Positions 10,085 through 20,284 of a stretch of 64,000 nucleotides of DNA are shown here, piece by piece. The DNA is from an uncultured bacterium. Lineage in GTDB: Bacteria; CSSED10-310; CAZUFC01. The stretch is taken from NCBI GenBank assembly GCA_964619725.1, contig CAZUFC010000006.1, forward strand, positions 1 to 64,000. Reading direction: 5' to 3'. The notes below the pieces were generated by a model. The model made no database searches, had not been told where the DNA came from, and was given only the letters and a program-made list of their open reading frames with translations. The position numbers were made by a program, and so were the translations under genes. Numbering within the stretch: the stretch's first letter is position 1; each line of letters starts with the position of its first letter.

Positions 10085-11338
10085 ATGAAGCGGAAACTGC
10101 TCGGACTAGGTTTTTCACTTTTTATTATCGTTTTGATCGAAACAGCGCTTCGCATTTTTTTTCCTTCACTGGAGAAAGAAGCGGAAAAATTACTGGTTGA
10201 GGCGGCCAAGGAAGAGAATCGCAAGGTATCTGTCGTTAAAGAGGCGGATACTGATTTGTTGTGGCGGTTGAAAGCCGGTGCGCAGCTTTTTGAAAACGAG
10301 AGATTGAACAGGCATGGATTCAGGGGGCCTGGTTTTACGGTAAAGAAACCGCCCGGCTGTTATCGCGTAGTGTGCCTGGGCGATTCCAGAACCTTTGGAT
10401 TCGGCGTTTCTGATTATTCTCATACCTTTTGCGGACGCATAACCCGCACGATACGCAATCAAAATATGGATGCCCGGCTGGAGATTATTAACCTGGGTGT
10501 TCTCGGATATTCCTCCTTTCAGGGCAAAAGGCTTATGGATAAATTCGGATGGTCGCTGGACCCTGATCTCGTGGTTGCCTGGTTCGGTTACAATGACGTT
10601 ATGTTCTTCCATCTGATGGATAAAGAAGCTGCGGAAAGGGGCAAATTAATCAGAAAAATGGAATCCTGGCTGAACCGGTTGCGCCTGTTCCAATTCATGC
10701 GGAAAACCGGCGAGCTGATGAGGAGAAGGTCAAATGAACCCATACAGGTTGGACAGAGAATCGTGCGGCGCGTCACCCCGGAAGATTATGCCGCTAATTT
10801 AAGAGAACTGGCTGTTGAGGCTGAACGACGGAACTCGCGGTTGACCCTCATGAATACGCCTGTCCGGCCGGGAATCCCCATGATCATGAATCCTAAACTA
10901 ATCCGGTTTGAAAATGATAAAGGTCGACTCTGCGAACGCCTGGAACTGCAATACGATCTCGAAGGTTTCTGGTTGATGGACGCGACAGAGTTTCCCGGCC
11001 CTGAAGCAAAACTGGACGAACTTATGCAACGATATCCGGAATTTCCTATATTGCATTACTTTAAATATAAATTTTTAAAAAAGAACGGCGATTATGATGC
11101 CGCTCGCCGGGAACTGCTGTTAAGCCGGGAACTCGATACGGAAAGACGGGTCATCTCCGAATATAACGATCGACTACTGTCGGTCGCTCAAGACAGACAA
11201 ATTCCTGTTATTGACCTGGTTTCGACTTTCGATGAAATAGCTGATGCGAGTCTTTTCGTTGATGAAAGCCATCCCAATAAAGCCGGACATGCGCTCATCG
11301 CCGACCAAATCATTAATCTTTTAACAGGCGGCGAATAA
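10085..11338 (+). CDS. Membrane-anchored SGNH/GDSL hydrolase family protein
   Basis: N-terminal TM; blocks GDSRTFG, NLGVLGYSS, FGYND, DESHPN. Start could be 10052. Confidence 0.8.
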   Translation: MKRKLLGLGFSLFIIVLIETALRIFFPSLEKEAEKLLVEAAKEENRKVSVVKEADTDLLWRLKAGAQLFENERLNRHGFRGPGFTVKKPPGCYRVVCLGDSRTFGFGVSDYSHTFCGRITRTIRNQNMDARLEIINLGVLGYSSFQGKRLMDKFGWSLDPDLVVAWFGYNDVMFFHLMDKEAAERGKLIRKMESWLNRLRLFQFMRKTGELMRRRSNEPIQVGQRIVRRVTPEDYAANLRELAVEAERRNSRLTLMNTPVRPGIPMIMNPKLIRFENDKGRLCERLELQYDLEGFWLMDATEFPGPEAKLDELMQRYPEFPILHYFKYKFLKKNGDYDAARRELLLSRELDTERRVISEYNDRLLSVAQDRQIPVIDLVSTFDEIADASLFVDESHPNKAGHALIADQIINLLTGGE

Positions 11339-11444
11339 TCGGTCAAATGGCTGTAAAGGCTTACAGAATTCGCGAAGCGGGAACAATATCTTGACATTAC
11401 GGGATTAATGCTTTATTCAGAAGAAAGCCGGGAGAGGAAACACG

Positions 11445-11933
11445 ATGGAAAAAATCGACATTGAACTCACGATAAACAAAAAAAATTACAAGTTGAACAT
11501 ACCAGCCTCATGGCGATTGCTCGACGTTCTAAGGGAAGAGCTCGGATTAACGGGGTCGAAGGAAGGTTGCGGCAAGGGCGAATGCGGCGCCTGCACCGTT
11601 ATAATGGACGGCCGGGCAGTTAATTCATGTCTCATATTGGCCGGTCAGGCGGACGGTTCGGAAATCACTACGATTGAGGGCATTTCCCTAAACGGTAAAC
11701 CCGATCCTGTTCAAAAGAAATTCGTTGAGTATGGGGCTGTGCAATGCGGTTTCTGCACGCCGGGCATCATTATGTCTGTTCATGCGTTGCTCCGGGAGAA
11801 TCCCGATCCGACGGAAGAGGAGATAAAAAGGGCCATAGCCGGCAATCTGTGTCGCTGCACGGGATACGTCAAGATCATCCAGGCGATTAAAGAGGCGGCT
11901 CAGGAGCTGAAAAAGAGCCATGCCGTCAGTTAA
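11445..11933 (+). CDS. (2Fe-2S)-binding small subunit, CoxS/xanthine dehydrogenase family
   Basis: KEGCGKGECGACTV, QCGFCTPG, GNLCRCTGY. Confidence 0.92.
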   Translation: MEKIDIELTINKKNYKLNIPASWRLLDVLREELGLTGSKEGCGKGECGACTVIMDGRAVNSCLILAGQADGSEITTIEGISLNGKPDPVQKKFVEYGAVQCGFCTPGIIMSVHALLRENPDPTEEEIKRAIAGNLCRCTGYVKIIQAIKEAAQELKKSHAVS

Positions 11934-12255
11934 GCGCCGACCGGATGACCTGAATCGAATTATTCTGGAGGAGCTGCGAGCGGGACGATCCCTTGTTGCG
12001 GCGACTATAGTAGAATCCAGAGGATCGACGCCGAGAAAAGCGGGAACCAAGTGTCTCATCCTGGAAAACGGCCAACTAATAAAAACCATCGGCGGCGGTT
12101 TCGTCGAAGACGACGTCATTAAAAAGGCTCGGGAAATCATGCAAGAGGGCGATCCCTGCCTGATGCAGTTTGATCTGAGCAACGAAGAAGCGGCTGCAGC
12201 CGGTTTGATCTGCGGCGGACATCTCAAGATTTTCCTGGAACCCCTCAGACCTTGA
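11920..12255 (+). CDS. XdhC/CoxI N-terminal domain protein (Moco chaperone-like)
   Basis: GSTPRKAG, TIGGG, GLICGG motifs; overlaps the upstream gene end. Confidence 0.85.
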   Translation: MPSVKRRPDDLNRIILEELRAGRSLVAATIVESRGSTPRKAGTKCLILENGQLIKTIGGGFVEDDVIKKAREIMQEGDPCLMQFDLSNEEAAAAGLICGGHLKIFLEPLRP

Positions 12256-12273
12256 AAAGGTTCCATAAAAACT

Positions 12274-13323
12274 GTGAAAGGCAATACCATAACTCCTTCA
12301 CCCTTTACGGATTCCTTACGCTCTTTCCTGTCGAACATAATTAAAAACAAAGATTTTTTATTAGAAGCGCTGAAGTCGGGCGCTTCGGACCGGATAACGT
12401 ATCGCATTAAAGGACCTGCCGCTGAATCCTATGATGCCGATTCCATCATTGCCGTTATCTACAGGGAAATTTCCGGGCACGGCATGGAAGGTTTCATCGA
12501 GACGCAGAAACGTTTTAAAGGTCTGGGCGTAAATGTGCCGGAAGTATACGACTTTTTCCCCGGGGAAAGGGTTATTTTGCTGGAAGACGGCGGAGACCTT
12601 TCGCTGGAAAAATTCATCGGGTCGAGACCTGATAAAGATCAGGTCCTCAAAATTTATTCCGCAGTCATTGATGACATATCCCGGCTGCATGCGGTATCCG
12701 ACCCGGAAAATTTCTGGCGGCGGCACTACGACAGGGGAAGCCGGCGGGTCGCTGTAGAGGATATTTATCTTTACGATCTTCAGTTTCATGTGCAGGAAAT
12801 CTTATTGGGAGAGTATTTTCAATTAATTCCTTCCAGGGAAACGAGAGATGCGTTGTTTTCCTTCTATCGGGCTATAGCGGATAAATTAAAACAGGCCATG
12901 ACCGGAATAATTTACAGAGACCTGCAGTCGCAGAATATCCTCCTTAATGAGAAATGCGAGCCCATGTACATCGATTTCCAGGATGCCCGCTTCGGATGTC
13001 CGGTCTACGACGCAGCTTCGCTTCTATGGGACTCATACGCTGAGCCGGACGACACAGTTAAATCAGAGCTGCTTGAATACTTCCGGAAAAAAATGAATTA
13101 TGAGTCCTCTGCATTTCAGGAATTGCTGAAAGCCGCCGTCATACAAAGGAAACTCCACGACGCGGGGGCCTTCGCCTTGGCTGTGATGAGACAGAACAAG
13201 AGAAAATATGAGCAATATATAAAACCGGCATTATGTTCTGTTCTGGAAATAATGGAACGAATGGATTCTTTGGCCGCTATCAGAGGGATTTTCGAGGATT
13301 TGGCGGGTAAATTCGAAATTTAA
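12274..13323 (+). CDS. Aminoglycoside-phosphotransferase-fold kinase, AmgK (MurNAc/GlcNAc kinase)-like
   Basis: GASDR, LEDGGD, YRDLQSQNI, IDFQDA, YDAASLL, QRKL. Confidence 0.7.
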   Translation: MKGNTITPSPFTDSLRSFLSNIIKNKDFLLEALKSGASDRITYRIKGPAAESYDADSIIAVIYREISGHGMEGFIETQKRFKGLGVNVPEVYDFFPGERVILLEDGGDLSLEKFIGSRPDKDQVLKIYSAVIDDISRLHAVSDPENFWRRHYDRGSRRVAVEDIYLYDLQFHVQEILLGEYFQLIPSRETRDALFSFYRAIADKLKQAMTGIIYRDLQSQNILLNEKCEPMYIDFQDARFGCPVYDAASLLWDSYAEPDDTVKSELLEYFRKKMNYESSAFQELLKAAVIQRKLHDAGAFALAVMRQNKRKYEQYIKPALCSVLEIMERMDSLAAIRGIFEDLAGKFEI

Positions 13324-13328
13324 GGTAT

Positions 13329-14195
13329 TCAAGCCGGTTCGATCCGTTCGATAAGCTGGAGGAAGAAATCCCTTGACCATACGTCCAGAATGCGGGGTTC
13401 CCTGAGGAAGGGAGCTGCATCCTTTTTCGCTGATTCGACGTCTAATTCATTGACCGCTTTTTTCAGTTTCACTCGAAGCGAATCGACAGTAAACGGTTCA
13501 TCCTCCTGATAATGACCCGTTTGTCTCATTCGGGCTTCCAGATGATCCAGGTTTACCTTGGAGTTCTTCCGGATGAACCAGATAAGATCATGCCAGTCCC
13601 TCCCTTTTACTCGCTTTCCCCAGCTTCGGCACATAACGGCGTGCAATTTTCCGGCAAAAAGGTCGGGCAGACAATAAGCCCTGACATTAAAAGGTATGGG
13701 CTGCAACACATATTTCGTTTCAGTTTTAAATCCTGCCGGCGGATCAATGTCAACTTCCAATTTTATCTTCAGAATTTTTGCTGGGTGAAGGTCTTTCAGC
13801 AATTCTTCCGATGCTTCGATTATGAATAAGTGTTTTTTAGTATTCGTTTTCAGAAATGCCGACTCTATCGGACTCTCCTTTTGTTTCCTCTTTCGTTCAA
13901 ATTCAATTTCAAATCCGAAACTTTGTATCTCTCTTTTCAGAGCTTCACCGTACGCTTTTAATGTAAAAGTCGGGTCTGGCTTTAACAGTGAAAAATCCAT
14001 ATCCTCAGAATAACGCTCCATCCCATACACTATTCTAAGCGCTGTTCCCCCGTAAAACGCAGCTTTTTCAAAAAACTTGGATCGCCACAAACCGAGCAGC
14101 GCCGTTGACTGAAGTATTTCTCGAAGGGCATTAACATAATGAGACCGGTTTTTGAGAGAATATCGTTTCAACATGTCCCGAACGGCTTCATGCAT
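13329..14195 (-). CDS. abiEii: Type IV toxin-antitoxin AbiEii-family nucleotidyltransferase toxin
   Basis: FYGGTALR..RYSEDMDF, GKLHA, KGRDWHD. ATG 14195 with GGAGGA RBS overlaps the end of the antitoxin gene. Confidence 0.88.
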   Translation of the reverse strand: MHEAVRDMLKRYSLKNRSHYVNALREILQSTALLGLWRSKFFEKAAFYGGTALRIVYGMERYSEDMDFSLLKPDPTFTLKAYGEALKREIQSFGFEIEFERKRKQKESPIESAFLKTNTKKHLFIIEASEELLKDLHPAKILKIKLEVDIDPPAGFKTETKYVLQPIPFNVRAYCLPDLFAGKLHAVMCRSWGKRVKGRDWHDLIWFIRKNSKVNLDHLEARMRQTGHYQEDEPFTVDSLRVKLKKAVNELDVESAKKDAAPFLREPRILDVWSRDFFLQLIERIEPA

Positions 14196-14838
14196 GATCG
14201 ATCCTCCTGTAATTCTCCAAAAAGCGTAAAAGGTTATCGATTTTAACGGATGCATAGGCATCGACTATTCGTCTCATCCTGCCGAAGTCCAGACGCTCTA
14301 TCATTTCATCGTCAATTCGTAAATCATCGAAAAGAAAATCGGAGAAATCGGCAATGCGAATTCCGTTGAACCGTTTATCGCACCAAACTTTATCGATAAT
14401 CGCTTTCTCCGGGCAGGCCATGAGATAACCCGTTCGACCGGAACCATCCAGCGCCGCTCCCAAAGAGTATCGTTGCAAACTAAGTATTCGATACGAAAAG
14501 GTTCCCAATGGCGTATCGAACTCACGCGAGCGTCCCGTTGTTACTGACGTAACAGTTTCAACGCGCTCCGGTATAAGATTATGATAACTCAAAGCATAAT
14601 CCAGACTGACGTAAGAAGGACCGTATATCAAATTAGCAATGTATTCCCTTATCAAAGGCTCACGGCGGAATGCATCCCCGAAACAGTACAACCCCTTCTT
14701 TATCCTTATGATCGCACCCTCCGAAAGAAGATTCGTTATTTTATCACGTGGCTTTTTATAATCGCTCAGGGCGTCCAGCAACATCTGGTAATCAAACACA
14801 TCCCTGTCTATTTTTGTCATCATTTCAGCAATAATCAC
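14188..14838 (-). CDS. abiEi: AbiEi-family antitoxin / transcriptional regulator
   Basis: IIRIKKGLY, PSYVSLDYALSYHNLIPE, ACPEKAIID; directly upstream of abiEii. Confidence 0.85.
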   Translation of the reverse strand: MIIAEMMTKIDRDVFDYQMLLDALSDYKKPRDKITNLLSEGAIIRIKKGLYCFGDAFRREPLIREYIANLIYGPSYVSLDYALSYHNLIPERVETVTSVTTGRSREFDTPLGTFSYRILSLQRYSLGAALDGSGRTGYLMACPEKAIIDKVWCDKRFNGIRIADFSDFLFDDLRIDDEMIERLDFGRMRRIVDAYASVKIDNLLRFLENYRRIDHA

Positions 14839-14867
14839 GGGGCCTCATCCTTAAAAAAAAGAACAGT

Positions 14868-14915
14868 AAGTCCACTTTTCATGGACATAATATGTTAAAA
14901 ATATTGGACCGTCAA
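14868..14915 (-). promoter_or_regulatory. Putative sigma70 promoter of the abiE operon with an adjacent short palindrome
   Basis: Minus strand TTGACG-17 nt-TATTAT; GTCCA-N7-TGGAC at 14870-14886 immediately downstream of the -10. Confidence 0.55.
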
Positions 14916-15019
14916 GTCAAAGGAAACGTTGCGGATTGCAATTTATCTTCTGAATGTGATATCGTTTACAGGAGCAAACAGGGAATACATTAAGAGTTTT
15001 TTTTCGCAGGGGATGCCTT

Positions 15020-16597
15020 ATGAGCGATAATCATGAAAAACGACGCAGGTTGGATATTTTCATATCATCCACAGGGCGTGACCTGGAAGAACACCGTAAG
15101 AAAGTAATCGAAACCGTTTTGGGCATGAGAGATCATCCTGTCAATATGGAAGCATTCGGTTCACGCCCTGACAGACCTTTGGATGTATGCCTTGAAGAAG
15201 TTGCCGCATCCGATATTTTCGTTATTTTTCTGGCTCACCGCTATGGTTGCGTTCCGTCAAAGGAAGCCGGTGGAGACGGCCAGACGTCGATGACACAATT
15301 CGAACTGGAAGAGGCGCAAAAACTGGAAAAACCGGTTTTCGCTTTCCTGGTGGATGAAGAAGCGGACTGGCGGTATGAAAAGGAAGAGCAGCGTTTGAAA
15401 AATGCGAAATCTGAGGAAGAAGGATTGTCAATTTGGCGTGCGGTCAGAAAACTTCAGGAATTGAAGACGCATATCAGGACCTGTTTCACATGTTCGGACT
15501 TTACCGATGAGAGCGATCTGGCGTTAAAAGTCCAAACAGCCGTCACCCAATGGAAAGACAAAAAATTCGGTTCCCGGAATGCCGTTATACAAGCGCAGGT
15601 TCAAAGCGATCACCTGAACGAATATCTGGATCATCTGATCGAAGAAACCGGTCGGATAGACATAAGGGGCATAGCGGCGGAATCAGGCGATGCGGAAAAA
15701 GCTCAATCTTTTGCCATTGAGGAAATGTATACGCCGCTTACGACCCGTAATCCGGTGAGGTCGTGTGAGCGCCCGGAAACGGCCGGCGATTTCCAGGGGG
15801 AACCGGGCGATATTGACGCATCCGTATCGCTGTCTTCCCTTCTTTCCGAATTCCGGCGTCTTTTGATCGTGGGCGATCCCGGCGGCGGAAAAACCACCTT
15901 TTTGCGATATATCGCCTGCATACTGGCCAAAGATATTCTGAACGAGCGAAAAAACGATAAAAAATACAATCCGCAGCGGCTTCTCCATCTGGGCATGCCG
16001 CTTGATGAAAAGTCGCCCGTTCCTGTTCTGGTGAAATTAACCGATCTGGCGGAGAAAATAGCGAAAAGTCATAATGTAAAAACAGGAACCGGTGTTGATG
16101 CGGAACAGATGACGGACTTTCTCAAGGAAAAACAGGGTGATGAAAAAGCGGAAATATTGAAACGGTTTCTGAATAAGGGAAAGGCTGTGCTGTTGCTTGA
16201 CGGTCTGGATGAGGTTACAAACCCGAAATTGCGTCCCCTGGTCGTTAAATTCGTGGAAAGCATATTGGAGAAATGGGGCCGGGACAATATCATGGTATTG
16301 ACTTCACGACCGTAGGGTTACGAGGGCATTTCAAAACATAACGATATTGAAACCGTTTTCATCGACGATTTTGGAGAATATCAAATAAAGGAGTTTCTGG
16401 AACGATGGGTCAAGGCGCTTTTTCCTGCGGCATCAAAACAGCGATCAGCGGAACATTGCAAGGAGCTGGAAGATGCGCTGGCGTCTTCCGCCGACATACG
16501 CCGCATGGTTACTTATAGCGGCAATGATGACAAAACGACAAAGATTTTGTTGTTTTGTAAGAACATGACAATAAAAATGACATTTTCAGGTTTTTAA
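15020..16597 (+). pseudogene. DUF4062 + NACHT NTPase, interrupted by TAG and truncated
   Basis: IFISST..DL..R (DUF4062), Walker A GDPGGGKTT, Walker B LLLDGLDEV. TSRP*GY at 16313-16315, after which the same frame continues with NACHT-like FGEYQIKEFLERW...IRRM, then loses similarity and stops at 16597. Confidence 0.8.
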
Positions 16598-16987
16598 AAG
16601 GACGAAAAGGGCAAGGGACGAAAGGGACCTAAAGGACCTAAGGGACCTAAGGGACAAAAAGGACGACAGAATTTATTTTTTACGCTTCAAAAATTCCTGT
16701 TCAGATCAGAGACCCGTGTTTTGAGGTTACATTTTTTGGCGACTTGAATAATTAAGAAGCTTTGGAAATACGTTAAAGACAAAACATATCGTCTCGAAAT
16801 TATTTGTCCCGATCCTGATATCGACCCCGATCCCGATACTGATTATTGAAACAAACTGTCAAACTTGTCGAAAGAAGTATAACCACGCTTTGCCCCGTCC
16901 CAATGATATTATATTCCAAACGTCCCTTCTGTCCCTTAGGTCTCTTAGGTCCCTTAGGTCCCTTTGTCCCTTTGTCCCTTTTACCTG
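16587..16987. repeat. Pair of inverted 9-bp tandem arrays (AAGGGACCT)n
   Basis: The left array at 16587-16665 and the right array at 16921-16987 are approximate reverse complements, ~255 bp apart. Confidence 0.85.
16699..16901 (-). mobile_element. MITE-like dispersed element, degenerate copy
   Basis: Shares TTTTGAGGTTACA, the (CCGATx)n hexamer tract, TGAAACAAACTGTCAAA and TAACC...GTCCC with 51025-51177. Confidence 0.6.
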
Positions 16988-17000
16988 TTGTCTTTTTGTA

Positions 17001-20000
17001 TCAAGGCCCGTACCCAAATTCAATCACATCATAAGCGCCTCTGATATCGTTCATTTCGTCGTTCAGCATGGCGCCCCAGAATTTCAGTCCCTGGATTTCG
17101 CTTTGGCCGGTATCGGGCCAGGTGAATTGGTTTAGAATGGTAATTTCGGCGGTTCCCGTTTCAACGACCACATTGTCGAAATCCATTTGCGGAGAGGGCG
17201 TCCATGTCGGCCAGAACCAGTATTGTTCGAATACGTCCAGGAATATGAACAGCGGGACGTCTTGCATGGTAGGACCCGGGTTTCCCAGCAATGCATTCAG
17301 GTAAAAGGTATCGCCGGGGCGATAGTAATCTGACGGCATTACCAGGTTTACGCCGAGCATAACGGTTGGAGTGGAAACGGGGAATCGGGTTGCAGCCGGC
17401 GTGGGACTGGGGGCAGCCGGAGGGGTTGACGTCGGGATGCCGGTCGGTGTGGGGACGCTTGTTCCTGTTGCTGTCGGCGTTTCGGTGGGAATTTCAGTGG
17501 GGGATGCTGTCGGCGAAAGAGTGGGACTCGGTGTGTATGACGGCGTATATGTTGGGCTGCCGATCTGCGTTACGGTTCGGGTCGGCGAATATGTCGGGGT
17601 GCGGCTGGGCGTGTTTGTCGGGCTCGGCGTCTCGGTTGCCGTACCGGTGGGAACTGATGTCGGTGAGTTCGTCGGCGTCAGAGTCGGCGTGTCGGACATT
17701 GTTGCGGTAGGGCTTTGGGTCGGGGTCCTGCTCGGGGTCGGCGTGGGCGTGTCCGTCATTGTTGCGGTTGGACTTAGAGTCGGCGTCCTGGTTGGGGTTT
17801 GTGTCGGGGTCCTGGTGGGCGTCAGAGTCGGCGTGTCTGTCATCGATGCTGTCGGGCTCAGGGTCGGCGTTCGAGTGGGCGTATTCGTCGGGCTGGGAGT
17901 CTCGGTTGCAGTATTGGTGGGAACTAATGTCGGCGAGTTCGTCGGCGTCAGAGTGGGCGTATCTGTTATCGATGCGGTTGGACTTTGGGTGGGCGTCCTG
18001 GTCGGCGTTTTTGTAGGTGATCTGGTGGGAGAGCTTGTCGGCATGGGAGAAAAAGTGGGCGTCCGGGTCGGTGTCCTGGTGGAAGTTCGGCTCGGCGTTT
18101 TCGTCGGCGTCCTGGTGGGAGAGATGGTCGGCGTGGGAGAAAACGTGGGGGTTCTGGTCGGCGTCCTGGTAGGAGAATGGGTGGCCGTCGGAGAACGGGT
18201 CGGCGTTCGCGTCGGCGTCTTTGTGGGAGTATCGGTTCCCGTCGGCGAATTCGTCGGCGTCCTGGTCGGCGTTTTGGTCACTTCGTAAAAAGTTTTTATC
18301 CGGAAACAATAATCGAAATCAGAACCTATATCCGAATCGCCCTCATATTCGGATTCGGTATTGCCTCTCCAGAAGAACCCGTTGTCCGGCGAATGAGTTC
18401 CCGTATGATAAACGACCAGCTTGTAACCCAGGCCGGGGGCCGTGTCGACGCCTTCGGGAATATCGAAGACATTCCAACCTCTAACGCAGTCTTCGGGGGC
18501 CCTGAGGGCGCTCCATATTACAGAACCCACCGGGTCCTTGATTTTGAGCGTCAGTGTGCCGTTGGGCGATCCGGATTTTCCAAGTTTTACCTGAACCTGG
18601 CATATGGAACTCCTGGTGAGGAAAAATTGTTGCCATCGACGCGCCGAGTTTTCGAAGTAGTAGCCGTAATTATGGTCGAGCACTTTTTCATCGATGTTAC
18701 AGATATAAACAGGCGTTTCGTTGGGGAGGGGAGTCGGCGTGCGCGTGGGCGTAGGGCTGACCGTTCGTGTTACAGGTATCGTTCCTGTAGGCATGACGGG
18801 CGGCGGATCAGAATTGTAATAGACGTCATTGGTGTCGTTGCGCCTGTCGGACCAGACGGCGTAGAGTCGATTCTGCGACGGATTATAGACCATACTGAGC
18901 GCATGGTAATGATAAGCCAGGTTGGATTCATCGTCGGATACCTGGACGGGAGAACTCCAGCCTGTTCCCGATAAGCCTTGCGTGTAAAACGCCTTGGTCA
19001 ATCCGGCAGCTCTGTAGACGCACCGGCATTTTGTGCCGTTGAGCCTGCCGTATGCATATTTAAAATTGTAACTGTCGTCAAGGCTCGCCATATCGAAGGT
19101 ATAAGCGTTGCTGTCTGTGCTGTAATAAGCTCCGATATTATATGTCGTATGAAAATAATCCGTCTCGAATACAATAAGGGTCTTGTTCGCGTGTGTGGAT
19201 AAATGGGGACGAACGTCGTCGCCCAGGGTCCACCAGTTGTGATTGTCCAGCGAGAATCCCGTCCGTTCGTAACATACGACGGCGATATCCCCTTCACTGA
19301 CGTTTTCAACCTGGCAGGCCACATTGAGAAAATCCGAAGTGAACTTACCCGAAGCATATCTGACGTCGAAATCAAATCCGCCCTGTTCAAACGAAAAGTA
19401 GTTCCCTTCCCAGGCAGCGCCTCCATTAATCGTCATCAGCGTCAGAAGAGAATAATGGCTGTCGCCCGTGTTGATGCTCGGATAGCTGACCGAAATTTCC
19501 AGATTAGTATCCACGCAGATGGAGGGGGCGCCGGAATAACCGTCCCGTGTGGGTGAGGGGAATATGGACCATCCCTGCGGCCAGAACTCAAATATATCAT
19601 CAGGTTCATCAGTTCGGACGTATGCGGCATAAGGCGTGTCGGCTATTACTATTGTAGCGGCGAGATAAATATAGCCGCCGGCATCAACGACGACTTCGGG
19701 ATGCATGAGTTCCGCTCCGGATGCATTGATTATCACCCCGTTCCAGGAGTATCCGTCGGCGGACTGGTATAGACAGATATAGCCGTTTTCAGCGCTGAAA
19801 GCCACATATGTGTATTCGTCAAAAACAGCGGTCGACGTTTTATACTCATCGACCGGGACAGGAGGCGAACCCGTCTCAACCCCTCCCAGCAAATAATCCG
19901 TCGGGTTGAAGTTGTTCGTATCCCGGGGATCGTTCTTGATCGTGAATTTTTCCGCTATCGAAACAGGAATATTGAAAACATTTACCGGAGAAATCCTTGT

Positions 20001-20132
20001 TACCGTTGATTCATCCGAATGCCTTTGTTCGAGCGCCGGATACTGCCCGTTGCCGATTGATTCCGAAGCATTTGCGTGACATGTTAAAACGACCATGAAA
20101 ATGAGCAAGGTTTTAATAAAGTTCCAGCGCAT
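17001..20132 (-). CDS. Large secreted protein: beta-rich N-terminal region, ~300-aa Pro/Thr repeat linker, conserved ~118-aa C-terminal domain
   Basis: Signal peptide; BNR-like SxDGxSW; TPTRTPT repeats at ~17371-18288; tail homologous to those of the 40415 and 42387 proteins. Confidence 0.8.
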   Translation of the reverse strand: MRWNFIKTLLIFMVVLTCHANASESIGNGQYPALEQRHSDESTVTRISPVNVFNIPVSIAEKFTIKNDPRDTNNFNPTDYLLGGVETGSPPVPVDEYKTSTAVFDEYTYVAFSAENGYICLYQSADGYSWNGVIINASGAELMHPEVVVDAGGYIYLAATIVIADTPYAAYVRTDEPDDIFEFWPQGWSIFPSPTRDGYSGAPSICVDTNLEISVSYPSINTGDSHYSLLTLMTINGGAAWEGNYFSFEQGGFDFDVRYASGKFTSDFLNVACQVENVSEGDIAVVCYERTGFSLDNHNWWTLGDDVRPHLSTHANKTLIVFETDYFHTTYNIGAYYSTDSNAYTFDMASLDDSYNFKYAYGRLNGTKCRCVYRAAGLTKAFYTQGLSGTGWSSPVQVSDDESNLAYHYHALSMVYNPSQNRLYAVWSDRRNDTNDVYYNSDPPPVMPTGTIPVTRTVSPTPTRTPTPLPNETPVYICNIDEKVLDHNYGYYFENSARRWQQFFLTRSSICQVQVKLGKSGSPNGTLTLKIKDPVGSVIWSALRAPEDCVRGWNVFDIPEGVDTAPGLGYKLVVYHTGTHSPDNGFFWRGNTESEYEGDSDIGSDFDYCFRIKTFYEVTKTPTRTPTNSPTGTDTPTKTPTRTPTRSPTATHSPTRTPTRTPTFSPTPTISPTRTPTKTPSRTSTRTPTRTPTFSPMPTSSPTRSPTKTPTRTPTQSPTASITDTPTLTPTNSPTLVPTNTATETPSPTNTPTRTPTLSPTASMTDTPTLTPTRTPTQTPTRTPTLSPTATMTDTPTPTPSRTPTQSPTATMSDTPTLTPTNSPTSVPTGTATETPSPTNTPSRTPTYSPTRTVTQIGSPTYTPSYTPSPTLSPTASPTEIPTETPTATGTSVPTPTGIPTSTPPAAPSPTPAATRFPVSTPTVMLGVNLVMPSDYYRPGDTFYLNALLGNPGPTMQDVPLFIFLDVFEQYWFWPTWTPSPQMDFDNVVVETGTAEITILNQFTWPDTGQSEIQGLKFWGAMLNDEMNDIRGAYDVIEFGYGP

Positions 20133-20226
20133 TGTAATCTCTCCTTATGATATCCTTATTGCCCAAAAATGTTTTTTCTGGGTAGCGTGTGTGAAACATC
20201 CTGGTCTGAAAGGTTATGAGCAAAAG

Positions 20227-20257
20227 AAAACCGCGAATCCCGGGGATTCGCGGTTTT
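20227..20257 (-). terminator. Rho-independent terminator
   Basis: AAAACCGCGAATCC-CGG-GGATTCGCGGTTTT perfect stem, U-rich tail on the minus strand, just downstream of the 20285..22030 gene. Confidence 0.85.
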
Positions 20258-20284
20258 AATATTTATGGTTGCCGGAACGTTACA

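Noticed and set aside
16587-16987. Possible CRISPR array
   Set aside because: Units are 9 bp and contiguous with no unique spacers; no cas genes in the window.
16846-17135. Short ORFs with PLGLLGPLGP / LRSLRSLRSL repeats
   Set aside because: Translations of the 9-bp tandem array.
17371-18309. Val/Gly-rich 305-aa plus-strand ORF and Asp/Ala/His-rich 271-aa ORF
   Set aside because: Antisense and alternate-frame shadows of the Thr/Pro repeat in the 17001..20132 gene.
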